A stretch of 32,000 nt of DNA from Dickeya solani IPO 2222. Lineage in GTDB: Bacteria > Pseudomonadota > Gammaproteobacteria > Enterobacterales > Enterobacteriaceae. The position numbers and the translations under genes are program-made. The DNA lies in the NCBI RefSeq assembly GCF_001644705.1, contig NZ_CP015137.1, forward strand, positions 2,670,001 through 2,702,000, written 5' to 3'. Positions within the stretch are counted from its first letter, which is position 1; each line of letters opens with the position of its first letter. The notes below the pieces were generated by a model. The model ran no database searches. It worked only from the letters and a program-made list of their open reading frames with translations, and was not told the origin of the DNA. This document shows, piece by piece, positions 7,443-16,129 of this stretch.

Positions 7443-8699
7443 TTAACGTTGACAGAGAACGGTGTTTTCGTAATGACGCACGGACTGCAACCAGTCGCTG
7501 CCGGGCGTGACGTCATGCTGCTGGCAGTAGTGTTCCCACACCGCCTGCCACGGCAGCGATTTTTGCTCTTCCAGCAGCGCCAGCCGGGCGGTGTAGTCGC
7601 CGTTTTGCTCCAGCGTGCGCAGGGTATCGGTGGGTTCCAGCAACGCGCGCAGCAGCGCTTTTTTCATGTTGCGGGTGCCGATAATCCAGGCGGCGATGCG
7701 GTTGATGGAAGCATCGAAGAAATCCAGCCCGATATGCACCCGGTCGAACAACCGGTGGCGTACGACTTCATGGGCGATGGCCTGGGTTTCGTCGTCCAGC
7801 AGCACCACGTGGTCGCTGTCCCAGCGCACCGGGCGGCTGACGTGCAGCAGCAAGCGCGGTACGAACAGGCTGGCGCTGGAGATTTTGTCGGAAATCACTT
7901 CGGTAGGATGGAAGTGACCGGCGTCGAGACAGAGCGCGGTCTGGCGGCTGGTGGCGTAGCCCAGATAAAACTCGCCGGAGCCGACGGTAAAACTCTCTGC
8001 GCCCAGCCCGAACAGCTTGCTCTCCACCGCGTCGATGTGGTGTGCCGGATCCAGCTTTTCAGCGATCACGTCGTCCAGCGACGCCAGCAGCCGCTGCCGG
8101 AACGCCAGCCGATCCACGGTAAGATCCTTCATGCCGTCCGGGATCCAGATATTCATCACCGAAGCAGTGCCCAGTTCACGCCCAAAATAAGCGGAAATAC
8201 GACGGCTGGCCTGACAGTGCTCAATCCAGAAACGGCGCACGTTTTCATCCGGGTGCGACAGGGTGAAGCCGTCGCTGCTGAGCGGGTGCGAAAAACAGGT
8301 AGGGTTGAAATCCAGCCCCAGTTGATGTTCTTTGGCCCAGGCCACCCAGCGGCTGAAGTGGTGCGGTTCGATGGCGTTACGCGCCACCGGCGTCTCCGAT
8401 TCCAGATAGATGGCGTGCAGATTAAGCCGCTTCGGGCCGGGGATCTGGCGGAACGCCTGCTCCAGGTCGGCACGCAATTCGGCGGCGTTGCGCGCTTTGC
8501 CGGGATAGTTGCCGGTGGCCTGAATACCGCCGGTCAGCGCGCCGCTGCCTTGCTCGAAGCCGGTGACATCGTCGCCCTGCCAGCAGTGGATGGAGACCGG
8601 AATCTGATCCAGCTGGCGCAGCGCGGCATCCACATCAATATTCAGTCGGGCGTAACGTTCTCTGGCCAGCTGCCAGGCGGTTTCTATCGCGGTATTCAT
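7443..8699 (-). CDS. rhaA: L-rhamnose isomerase
   Basis: 418 aa. ...[16 protein letters not shown]...[45 protein letters not shown] matches E. coli RhaA. The ATG overlaps the rhaB stop (ATGA at 8696-8699). Confidence 0.96.
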   Translation of the reverse strand: MNTAIETAWQLARERYARLNIDVDAALRQLDQIPVSIHCWQGDDVTGFEQGSGALTGGIQATGNYPGKARNAAELRADLEQAFRQIPGPKRLNLHAIYLESETPVARNAIEPHHFSRWVAWAKEHQLGLDFNPTCFSHPLSSDGFTLSHPDENVRRFWIEHCQASRRISAYFGRELGTASVMNIWIPDGMKDLTVDRLAFRQRLLASLDDVIAEKLDPAHHIDAVESKLFGLGAESFTVGSGEFYLGYATSRQTALCLDAGHFHPTEVISDKISSASLFVPRLLLHVSRPVRWDSDHVVLLDDETQAIAHEVVRHRLFDRVHIGLDFFDASINRIAAWIIGTRNMKKALLRALLEPTDTLRTLEQNGDYTARLALLEEQKSLPWQAVWEHYCQQHDVTPGSDWLQSVRHYENTVLCQR

Positions 8700-10168
8700 A
8701 CGGTGAGCTCCTCGTTAACCTGGCACAACGCCTGGAAACGGCGCCAGTGACCAGCAAAATCACTATCCTGTCGGGGGATAAACGGTTGCAGCGGGATGTT
8801 GTCGGCGAGCAGGCGGCGGAAGGCGTCCAGATCCGCCACGTTGCCCTGCGCGATCAACTGGCAGCCGATGTTGCCGAGGGTGGAGGCTTCGGCCGGCCCG
8901 GCCAGCACCGGCACCTGACAGACATCGGCGCACAGTTGGTTCAGCAGGCTGTTGCGGCTGCCGCCGCCCACCACATGCAGATGGCGCAGCGGCGCACCGC
9001 GCAGCTCGCCCAGCGTTAGCAGGCCCTGACGGTAGGACAGCGCCAGGCTGTCCAGAATGCAGCGCGCCAGCGCGGCGGTAGTGGCGGGCACCGGCTGGCC
9101 GTGCTCGCGGCAGCATTCACGCAGGGCGTCGCTCATCGACGGTGGATTAATCAGCCGCTCGTCGTTCGGGTTGATCAGGTTAACGAACCCCGGCTGCGCC
9201 GCCGCGGCGTCGAGCAGCGCCGGCAGGTCCGCGACCTGCTGCTCCTGACACACCCGCTGCAGCAGCCAGAGTCCCATAATATTTTTCAGTACCCGGTAAC
9301 GGCCGCCGACGCCGCCTTCATTGGTGATGTTGGCGGCCAGCGCCGCCGGGCCGGTTAACGGCTCCCGGCTTTCAATACCGATCAGCGACCAGGTGCCGGA
9401 GCTGAGGTAGGCGCTGTCTGCGTCGGTCAGCGGGGTGGCGACCACGGCGCTGGCGGTGTCGTGGGTAGCGACCGTCACCACCGGCACGGCGCGGCCGCTG
9501 GGTGCGATCCAGTCGCCCACCCGGTGGCCGGGCTGGTGTGGCGCGGCGAGCCAGTTGGGCGGCACGCCCAGATAATCCAGCAGGCAGCGGTCCCAGTCGC
9601 CGCTGTCCAGATTCAACAACTGGGTGGTGCTGGCGTTGGTGTATTCGCACGCCATCCGGCCGGTCAGCCGGTAGTGGAAGTAGTCCGGGATCATCAGCAG
9701 GTGCGCCACCTGCCCCCAGACATCCGGCTCCTGCTGGCGCAGCGCCCGCAGTTGGTAGAGGGTGTTGAACGGCAAAAACTGGATGCCGGTTTGCCGATAG
9801 AGGCGCTCGCGGCCCAGTTCGGCGATGACTTGCGCCATCTGGCCGTCGGTGCGGTGGTCGCGATAGGAGTAAGGCAGGCCCAGCCGGTTGCCTTGCTGGT
9901 CCAGCGGCACCATGTCCACGCCCCAACTGTCGATACCGATGCTGACGGGGTGAACGCCGCGCGCGTCGACGGCTTCAAGCCCGTGGCGAATCTGGCGCTC
10001 CAGCTCGTCCAGATCCCACAGATGATGCCCCTGCCAGAGCCGCAGCGGATTGCTGAAACGATGGATTTCCTCCAGCGTCAGCCGCCGGGTTTCGGTTTCC
10101 AGCGACGCCAGCATCACCCGCCCGCTGGAGGCGCCGAGATCGACCGCTACGTAATGCTTGACCGCCAT
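8696..10168 (-). CDS. rhaB: Rhamnulokinase
   Basis: [23 protein letters not shown]... is the FGGY kinase N-terminus, as in E. coli RhaB. The ATG at 10168 has GGAGAG about 7 nt upstream. The track start at 10318 adds 50 aa that run through the 5' UTR repeats and the promoter. Confidence 0.95.
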   Translation of the reverse strand: MAVKHYVAVDLGASSGRVMLASLETETRRLTLEEIHRFSNPLRLWQGHHLWDLDELERQIRHGLEAVDARGVHPVSIGIDSWGVDMVPLDQQGNRLGLPYSYRDHRTDGQMAQVIAELGRERLYRQTGIQFLPFNTLYQLRALRQQEPDVWGQVAHLLMIPDYFHYRLTGRMACEYTNASTTQLLNLDSGDWDRCLLDYLGVPPNWLAAPHQPGHRVGDWIAPSGRAVPVVTVATHDTASAVVATPLTDADSAYLSSGTWSLIGIESREPLTGPAALAANITNEGGVGGRYRVLKNIMGLWLLQRVCQEQQVADLPALLDAAAAQPGFVNLINPNDERLINPPSMSDALRECCREHGQPVPATTAALARCILDSLALSYRQGLLTLGELRGAPLRHLHVVGGGSRNSLLNQLCADVCQVPVLAGPAEASTLGNIGCQLIAQGNVADLDAFRRLLADNIPLQPFIPRQDSDFAGHWRRFQALCQVNEELTV

Positions 10169-10186
10169 TGCCGTTCTCTCCGTTGT

Positions 10187-10231
10187 CGTTATGGTGCGTG
10201 TAGTTATGGAGTGTTTAGTTATGGAGTATTT
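10187..10231. repeat. Three imperfect tandem units (14-16 bp) in the predicted rhaB 5' UTR
   Basis: cgttatggtgcgtg (10187-10200), tagttatggagtgtt (10201-10215), tagttatggagtattt (10216-10231). They lie between the predicted -10 (10247-10252) and the rhaB SD. Confidence 0.8.
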
Positions 10232-10246
10232 GTGACTGTGTCCGGC

Positions 10247-10322
10247 AGTGTAGGAGAGTTGGAACGGCGGCACCTTTGGGTGAGTGCCATCTGTAAAATG
10301 GGGCTGGCAAAATGGCAAAGTT
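10247..10322 (-). promoter_or_regulatory. Predicted rhaBAD-type promoter: -10 TACACT plus the upstream RhaS-binding region
   Basis: The minus strand reads TACACT at 10252-10247. The upstream stretch TTTGCCATTTTGCCAGCCCCATTTTACAGATGGCAC resembles the E. coli rhaI region (TTGCCAATGGCCCATTTTCC), recalled from memory. The geometry puts the CRP site near -93, as in E. coli PrhaBAD. Confidence 0.5.
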
Positions 10323-10325
10323 GAC

Positions 10326-10341
10326 TGTGAATCAGCTCACA
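10326..10341. promoter_or_regulatory. CRP binding site with consensus half-sites, serving PrhaB
   Basis: TGTGA-atcagc-TCACA, both half-sites perfect. Its centre is about 93 bp upstream of the predicted rhaB TSS, matching the known -92.5 class of E. coli PrhaBAD. Confidence 0.65.
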
Positions 10342-10392
10342 ATTTATGGCGATAGCCGGCTTGCAACCCTGTAATCACGGGCTGTAAACGCT

Positions 10393-10408
10393 TGTGATCC
10401 TGCACACA
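10393..10408. promoter_or_regulatory. Second CRP-like site, probably serving PrhaSR
   Basis: TGTGA-tcctgc-ACACA, with 4/5 matches in the second half-site. Its centre is about 112 bp upstream of a TSS predicted from the first TACTAT -10 (10501-10506), similar to the -111.5 CRP site of E. coli PrhaSR. Confidence 0.45.
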
Positions 10409-10492
10409 TTTCAGTGAATTAACCGCCGGATCTTGAAAAAATGACCTCGCGGCGGCGATGTCGCGGCGCTATTTTAAGGCGCGGGGGCCTGC

Positions 10493-10520
10493 CTTCTGAC
10501 TACTATCTTCTGACTACTAT
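10493..10520. repeat. Perfect 2 x 14-bp direct repeat (cttctgactactat) duplicating a -10-like TACTAT upstream of rhaS
   Basis: 10493-10506 and 10507-10520 are identical. TACTAT occurs at 10501-10506 and 10515-10520, and the rhaS ATG is at 10562. Confidence 0.9.
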
Positions 10521-10561
10521 CCGGACATGCGGATGCGTCAGGCTGAGGGGGGGGACGCGAC

Positions 10562-11398
10562 ATGACACAACTTCATGGCGACGAATTTTTTGCTTCACAG
10601 GCGGCGACGGTGGCGGTGGAGCCTCGCATGCCGCAATGCGCCTTTCCTGAGCATTATCACGACTTCTGGGAGATCGTGCTGGTGGAGCAGGGAGCCGGTG
10701 TGCACGTGTTCAACGATCAACCCTTCGCGTTATGCAGCGGGGCGGTGTTTTTCGTCCGGGACAACGATCGCCATCTGTTTGAACAGGTGGAGGAACTGCA
10801 CCTGACCAATGTGCTGTATCGGTCGCCGCGCGGGTTTCGCTTTCTGTCGGACATTGCGCCGTTTCTGCCGTATGGCGCCAATGGCGAGTGGCTGGGGCAA
10901 TGGCAGGTGAACGCCGCCGCTCAGCAGCAGGTCAAACAGTTGATCCTGCAACTGGCGGCGCTGGCGCGCCGTGATCAGCCGGAGGATATCGCCGCCAGCG
11001 AAAGCCTGTTCTTGCAGATTCTGGTACTGCTGCGGCAAAAGCGTTTCCAGACGCAGGGCGACGGCAGCGAACAGCAAGGCATCCAGGCGTTGCTGGGGTG
11101 GTTGCAGCACAACTTTTGTGAAGAGATGGATTGGGATTCGCTGGCGGACCGCTTTTCGCTGTCGCTGCGTACGCTGCACCGGCAACTGAAACAGCACACC
11201 GGCATGACGCCGCAGCGCTATCTGAACCGGTTGCGGCTGCTGGAAGCCCGGCGCCGGTTGCAGCACAGCGATGACTCCATCACCACCATCGCCCATGATT
11301 GCGGCTTCAGCGACAGCAATCATTTTTCCACGCAGTTTCGCAAAGCCTTTTCGCTGGCCCCCAAAACGTTGCGCCATCAGGCGCAGTATGAGGACTAA
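10562..11398 (+). CDS. rhaS: AraC-family L-rhamnose-responsive activator RhaS
   Basis: MTQLHGDEFFAS...VAVEPRMPQCAFPEHYHDFWEIVLVEQGAGVHVFNDQP...FVRDNDRHLFE...LTNVLYRSP matches E. coli RhaS. C-terminal AraC HTH (DCGFSDSNHFSTQFRKAF). Divergent from rhaB. Confidence 0.95.
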   Translation: MTQLHGDEFFASQAATVAVEPRMPQCAFPEHYHDFWEIVLVEQGAGVHVFNDQPFALCSGAVFFVRDNDRHLFEQVEELHLTNVLYRSPRGFRFLSDIAPFLPYGANGEWLGQWQVNAAAQQQVKQLILQLAALARRDQPEDIAASESLFLQILVLLRQKRFQTQGDGSEQQGIQALLGWLQHNFCEEMDWDSLADRFSLSLRTLHRQLKQHTGMTPQRYLNRLRLLEARRRLQHSDDSITTIAHDCGFSDSNHFSTQFRKAFSLAPKTLRHQAQYED

Positions 11399-11418
11399 CG
11401 TTACAGGGGCGACAAGCT

Positions 11419-12273
11419 GTGCCATCCCGCGGGTTGAAGTTACGAACGGAAGATTACTTTCTTACCGACAAGAATACGGTCACGGTGGCGGAGCGCAGCC
11501 CGCAGCCGGCGTTTCCGTTGCATCATCACGACTTCGACGAACTGGTGATCGTCTGGCGCGGCAACGGCCTGCATCTGTGGAATGATGTGCCTTACCGTAT
11601 CACCTGCGGCGACCTGTTCTATGTCTCCGCCCGCGATTGCCACAGCTACGAATCGGTACATGACCTGGAACTGGACAATATCCTCTATATTCGTGACCGC
11701 CTGACGCTGCCCACCGACTGGCAAAACCTGCTGCCGGGCGGCGAGGTGCCGCAGCAACAACGCTACTGGCGGCTGGCGACCCACAGCATGGATAGCTTGC
11801 GCGACAAAGTGGAAAATCTGACGCAGGAGTGCATGAAGTCGGACCCGCTGTCGTTGCAGCTCAGCGAAGTGTTGCTGTTGCAGATTGCGCTGCTGGCGCT
11901 GCGTTATCGTTATGCACCGGACAGCACCCAACTGGCGGATGCCCAACAGTTGGACTTGCTGATGAATGCGTTACGCGCCAGTATCGCCCGGCCGTTCCGG
12001 CTGGAGGATTTTTGCTGGCTACACGACATCAGCATGCGCAGCCTGCGCGGTCGCTTCAAACAGCAGACCGGCATGAGCGTCGCGCAGTACCTGCGTCAGT
12101 TGCGGCTGTGCCGGGCGATGGAGCTGTTGCGTCATAATCGCCAAACCATCAGCGAAGTGGCGGCCGAATGCGGTTTTGACGACAGCAACTATTTTTCCGT
12201 GGTGTTCCATCAGGCGTTTGGCGTTACGCCGAGCGGTTACCGGCAACGTTTTCAGTCCGGCGGCAAGGCGTGA
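11419..12273 (+). CDS. rhaR: AraC-family L-rhamnose-responsive activator RhaR
   Basis: ...[46 protein letters not shown] matches E. coli RhaR ([35 protein letters not shown]). GTG start at 11419, and the start position is uncertain by a few codons. C-terminal AraC HTH. Confidence 0.92.
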   Translation: [284 protein letters not shown]

Positions 12274-12490
12274 GGCGGTGGGCTATCGTTATTTCGATGA
12301 AGGCTGACGTGCTGCGCGTGAGGTGTGGTAATAGCGCCAGAGTTTTATGATCGCTACATAAACGAGAGTAGCGACGATAAGATCGATAATTGACATCACG
12401 GTGATATAGAACAGCTCAGGGTCTTTCCAGCCGGCTTTTTCTGATAGTGTCACTAACCGGCCAGTTTGTTTTCGAGTTAGTGGATAACTG

Positions 12491-12547
12491 GCGCCATCAT
12501 AAATTACATTCTCTTTTTAATTGAAAACGTAACTTGCATGATGGCGC
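12491..12547. other. Extended imperfect hairpin (10-bp perfect outer stem) just downstream of the ABC ATPase gene; possible terminator or structured element
   Basis: GCGCCATCAT (12491-12500) / ATGATGGCGC (12538-12547), enclosing 37 AT-rich nt with further internal complementarity (TTAC..GTAA, TTTT-AATTG-AAAA). The ATPase stop codon is at 12560-12562. Confidence 0.4.
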
Positions 12548-12559
12548 GTTGAAATAACG

Positions 12560-14260
12560 TCAGGCGTAAATATTGTTATTCTGTCGGTTAATCGCCACCG
12601 GGGCGACGGTGGAAAGTAATTGCCGGGTGTAGGGGTGTTGCGGTTGATTGAATATCTGTTCCACGGTGCCGCGTTCCACCACATTTCCGTCTTTCATGAC
12701 CGCAATCCGGTGACTCATGTGCTGCACCACCCCCAGATCGTGGGAGATAAACACCATCGACAGTTGCAGCCGCTGCTGCAGCGCCACCAGCAGGTCGAGC
12801 ACCTGCGCCTGGGTGGTGACATCCAGCGCCGATACCGGTTCGTCGCAAATCAGCACCTCCGGTTCCGCCGCCAGCGCCTGTGCGATGGAGATACGTTGGC
12901 GTTGCCCGCCGGATAACGACTGCGGCCGTCTGGAGAGCAGCGTCGGTGACAGCCCCACCAGCTCCAGCAGGGCAAGAATACGCTGCTGACGGGCTTGCGG
13001 GCTAAGGTCGCGCCGCAACCGCAACGGCTGCAGCAGGATCTGTTCAATGGTGAACTGCGGATCGAACGAGCTGAGCGGATCCTGCGTGATGGTTTGGATG
13101 CGGGCGCGTAATGGGCGGCGTTCCCGCTCGGCCAGCGTGCTCCACGGTTGGCCGGACAGGCGAATGTCGCCGCTGTCGGGCGGCTGCAAGGCCAGCATCA
13201 CTTTCCCCAGTGTGGTTTTACCGGAGCCGGACTCGCCAACGATACCCAGCGTTTCGCCCCGTTCCACCGTCAGCGAAATGTTGTTCACCGCGGTCATACG
13301 GCTGCCATCCGGGCGTTTGAACGAGACGGACACGCCGTCTACCTGCAACGCCAGCCCGCCCTTTTCGCCAGACTTGCCAACGGAGGAGAGCAGGGTCGAT
13401 GCCTGCGGGCTGAGCGGGTTTTCTCCCGCCAGCCAGTTGCCGCGGGTAGCGGCAGTCGGGATCGCAGCCAGCAGCCTGCGGGTGTAAGGATGCTGGGGAG
13501 CGGATAACACTTGCCGTGCCGGGCCGTGTTCCACCAGCGCGCCTGTCTGCATCACCATCACCCGATCGGCGACCTGCGACACCACCGCCAGATCATGGGT
13601 GATCAGCAGCACGCCGTGCCCGGCCTGCGCCAGCGCGGTAAACAGTTTCAGCACCTGTTGCTGGACGGTGGCATCCAGCGCGGTGGTGGGTTCGTCGGCA
13701 ATCAATAATTTTGGCCCGGCGGCCAGCGCTGAGGCGATCAGCGCCCGCTGGCGCAGACCGCCGGACAGCTCATGCGGGTACTGCGCGGCGCGGTTGGCCG
13801 GATCGGGAATGCCGACCTGGGCCAGCAATTCAGCGACGCGCGTTGCCACGTCGCCACGCGACGCCAGTTTATGGGTTAGCAGCGGCTCTGCCACTTCCTG
13901 CCCGATGCGCCGCAGCGGATCGAGCGACACCAGCGCATCCTGCAGTACAAAGCCGATCTCCCGGCCGCGCACCTGTTGCCACTGCCGATCGCTGAGTGTT
14001 TGCAGGTCGCACCGGCTGCCGTCGTGGCGCACCAGCTCGATGGCGTTGGCCTGAATCTGCGCCCGCTCACCCGCCAGCCCGACCAGCGTACGAGCCGTGA
14101 CCGATTTACCGGAGCCGGATTCGCCCACCAGCGCCAGAATTTCGCCCGGATTGACCTGAAACGACAGGTCGCGTACCGATTCCACCGGCCCGTGCGGGCT
14201 GGGGAAGGTTACGTTTAACCCATCGACGCGCAGCAACGGCTGCAAAACAGACTGACTCAT
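12560..14260 (-). CDS. ABC transporter ATP-binding protein, fused tandem ATPase (DppD/DppF-like domains in one polypeptide)
   Basis: Two Walker A motifs (GESGSGKS twice), two signature motifs (LSGGLRQR, LSGGQRQR) and two Walker B motifs (LLIADEPT, VLICDEPV). I prefer the ATG at 14260 (MSQSVLQPLL), which overlaps the upstream permease stop as ATGA. The track start at 14407 lies inside the permease gene. Confidence 0.92.
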   Translation of the reverse strand: MSQSVLQPLLRVDGLNVTFPSPHGPVESVRDLSFQVNPGEILALVGESGSGKSVTARTLVGLAGERAQIQANAIELVRHDGSRCDLQTLSDRQWQQVRGREIGFVLQDALVSLDPLRRIGQEVAEPLLTHKLASRGDVATRVAELLAQVGIPDPANRAAQYPHELSGGLRQRALIASALAAGPKLLIADEPTTALDATVQQQVLKLFTALAQAGHGVLLITHDLAVVSQVADRVMVMQTGALVEHGPARQVLSAPQHPYTRRLLAAIPTAATRGNWLAGENPLSPQASTLLSSVGKSGEKGGLALQVDGVSVSFKRPDGSRMTAVNNISLTVERGETLGIVGESGSGKTTLGKVMLALQPPDSGDIRLSGQPWSTLAERERRPLRARIQTITQDPLSSFDPQFTIEQILLQPLRLRRDLSPQARQQRILALLELVGLSPTLLSRRPQSLSGGQRQRISIAQALAAEPEVLICDEPVSALDVTTQAQVLDLLVALQQRLQLSMVFISHDLGVVQHMSHRIAVMKDGNVVERGTVEQIFNQPQHPYTRQLLSTVAPVAINRQNNNIYA

Positions 14261-15174
14261 GCTGCCCCCTTGGCCAAAATAGCCTGCAAACGCCGGCCCA
14301 GCAGGGTGATGACGATCACCGACAGCGCGACGACACTGGCGGGAAACAGGCTGACCCAGGGCGCGATATCCAGGAAGTTGCGGCCGTCGGCCAGCAACGC
14401 GCCCCATTCCGCCGTGGGCGGCACCACGCCAAGCCCGAGGAAACTCAGCGCGGAGGCGGACAGCACCGCGTTACCAACGCCGATAGTCGCCAGAATCAGC
14501 AACGGCCGTAATGTGTTGGGAATGATATGGCGCACCACGATGTACAGCGGAGGTTCGCCCAGCGCGACGGCGTGTTCCACGTAGCCGGACAGTTTCACCT
14601 GTAGCACCTGCGAACGCACCAGCCGTGCATAGCCGGCGACGCCGGCCAGCCCGACCGCCAGCAGCGTATTTTCCGGGCCGCGCCCCAGCACCGCGATCAC
14701 CAGCAGCGCCAGCAGCATTTCCGGGAACGCCAGCATGATATCCAGCAGCCGCACCAGTACGCGGCGTACCGGCAGCGGGGCCAGCGCCGACACGGTGCCT
14801 AACAGCACGCCGCCGAGGCAGGCGATCAGCATCGCGCCGACGCCGATGCTCAGCGACAGCGAGGTGCCGTACACCACGCGGGTGAATACGTCGCGCCCGA
14901 GCGTGTCGGTGCCGAACCAGTGGTCCGCGTCGGGCGGCTGGAGCACTGCTCCCATGTCCATTTCATCCGGCAGGCGATGGGTGAACAGCGCAGGGAAAAA
15001 CACCGCCAGCAGCAAAAGCAGTACGGCGGCAGCGGGAAGCAGGGTTGCCGGCGCCCGCCAGGGGCTGCGATAGACCGTACGATGGGGGGTAGGCATCAAC
15101 GTCAGAGGCTCACGACTGGTTAAAGGTTCACGACAGGTTAAAGGTTCTCTACAGGTTAAAGGTTCACTGCTCAT
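14257..15174 (-). CDS. ABC transporter permease (DppC/OppC-like)
   Basis: Contains the HWFGTDTLGRDVFTRVVYG motif typical of DppC/OppC-type permeases, plus multiple TM segments. The start is ambiguous. The ATG at 15174 overlaps the upstream gene by 11 nt and includes the EPLT[CS]R repeats. The ATG at 15096 (MPTPHRT) excludes them. Confidence 0.88.
   Translation of the reverse strand: MSSEPLTCREPLTCREPLTSREPLTLMPTPHRTVYRSPWRAPATLLPAAAVLLLLLAVFFPALFTHRLPDEMDMGAVLQPPDADHWFGTDTLGRDVFTRVVYGTSLSLSIGVGAMLIACLGGVLLGTVSALAPLPVRRVLVRLLDIMLAFPEMLLALLVIAVLGRGPENTLLAVGLAGVAGYARLVRSQVLQVKLSGYVEHAVALGEPPLYIVVRHIIPNTLRPLLILATIGVGNAVLSASALSFLGLGVVPPTAEWGALLADGRNFLDIAPWVSLFPASVVALSVIVITLLGRRLQAILAKGAA
15101..15172. 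repeat. Four tandem 18-bp units, in frame with the permease ORF
   Basis: gtcagaggctcacgactg (15101-15118), gttaaaggttcacgacag (15119-15136), gttaaaggttctctacag (15137-15154), gttaaaggttcactgctc (15155-15172). The minus-strand translation is SSEPLT-CREPLT-CREPLT-SREPLT. Confidence 0.9.
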
Positions 15175-16129
15175 GGGCGTTCGCCTTTTTTCTCAAACGG
15201 GGGTCGATAATCAGGTACAGCGCATCCACCAGCAGGTTGATGACCACAAACAGCAGGGCGGACAACATCACCAGTCCCAGCACCAGCGGCATGTCACGGC
15301 TTTCGATGGCGTGCAGGGTAATCTGGCCGATGCCGGCGCGGCCGAACACGGTTTCGGTCAGCACCGAACCGCTCAGCACGCCCGCCAGCAGGGTGCCGGT
15401 CAGCGTTGAGGCGGCCAGCGCGCCGTGGCGCAGGCCGTGCCGAACGCGCAGCCAGGTTTCGCTGACGCCGCGGGTGCGCACCGTCAGCGCGAACGGCTGC
15501 GACAGCGCCTCTTCCAGTCCGTCGCGCAGCACCTGGCTCAGCAGAGCAGCCAGCGGCAGACTCAGGGTGATGACCGGCAGCACCAACGATATCAATCCGT
15601 CATTACCCATCACCGGAAACCATTGCAGGCGGAAGCTGAAAACGCTGAGCAGCACGATGCCAACCCAGTAGACCGGCGTGCTGAGCAGCGTCAGTTCCAG
15701 CCAGGACATCAGCGCGCGCAGCCGGGCGTGACGTCCGGCGGTCAGCAAAGCGTTGAGGATTGACAGCAATAAGGCCAGCGCCAGCGCGCTGAGCGCCAGT
15801 TGGACGGTTTCACGCATGGCGTCGCCAATCAGCGCCACCACCGGTTGCCGGTACTGATAGCTGACGCCGAAATCGCCTTGCAGCGCTTGTCCGCAGTAGC
15901 GCAGGTATTGCATCCACAGCGGCTGATCGAGCCCGAATTGCTTGATCAGCGCTGCCCGGTACGCCTCATCCACCACGTTATCGCCGCCGCTCAGGATCGC
16001 CACCGGATCGCCGGGGATCAGTTTAACGGCAATAAACGTCAGTGTGGCTGCGCCCCAGAGCACAGCCACGATGGTGAAGAGTCGCTGGAGAGCCGTGACG
16101 GCCAGGTTACGGTTTAATCCAGACATCAT
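15164..16129 (-). CDS. ABC transporter permease (DppB/OppB-like)
   Basis: N-terminal ...LQRLFTIVAVLWGAATLTFIAVKLIPGDPV is the characteristic DppB/OppB start motif. The ATGATG at 16129-16124 overlaps the SBP gene end by about 23 nt. The track start at 16279 lies inside the SBP gene. Confidence 0.88.
   Translation of the reverse strand: MMSGLNRNLAVTALQRLFTIVAVLWGAATLTFIAVKLIPGDPVAILSGGDNVVDEAYRAALIKQFGLDQPLWMQYLRYCGQALQGDFGVSYQYRQPVVALIGDAMRETVQLALSALALALLLSILNALLTAGRHARLRALMSWLELTLLSTPVYWVGIVLLSVFSFRLQWFPVMGNDGLISLVLPVITLSLPLAALLSQVLRDGLEEALSQPFALTVRTRGVSETWLRVRHGLRHGALAASTLTGTLLAGVLSGSVLTETVFGRAGIGQITLHAIESRDMPLVLGLVMLSALLFVVINLLVDALYLIIDPRLRKKANAHEQ

Noticed and set aside
7449-8750. 433-aa plus-strand ORF covering the whole rhaA locus
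   Set aside because: It is antisense to a gene with unambiguous RhaA homology. The translation is low-complexity and rich in R, A, G and Q, as expected from the reverse frame of GC-rich coding DNA.
10169-10318. 50-aa N-terminal extension of rhaB in the track ORF (MPFCQPHF...SITKHSITTRTITTTERTA)
   Set aside because: The extension runs through the tandem repeats, the predicted -10 and the RhaS-site region. Homology to RhaB starts at [17 protein letters not shown], with a good SD before the ATG at 10168.
12274-12559. A remnant of rhaT downstream of rhaR, as in the E. coli gene order
   Set aside because: No plus-strand frame in the spacer resembles the RhaT N-terminus. The only protein-like frame is on the opposite strand and is unrelated.
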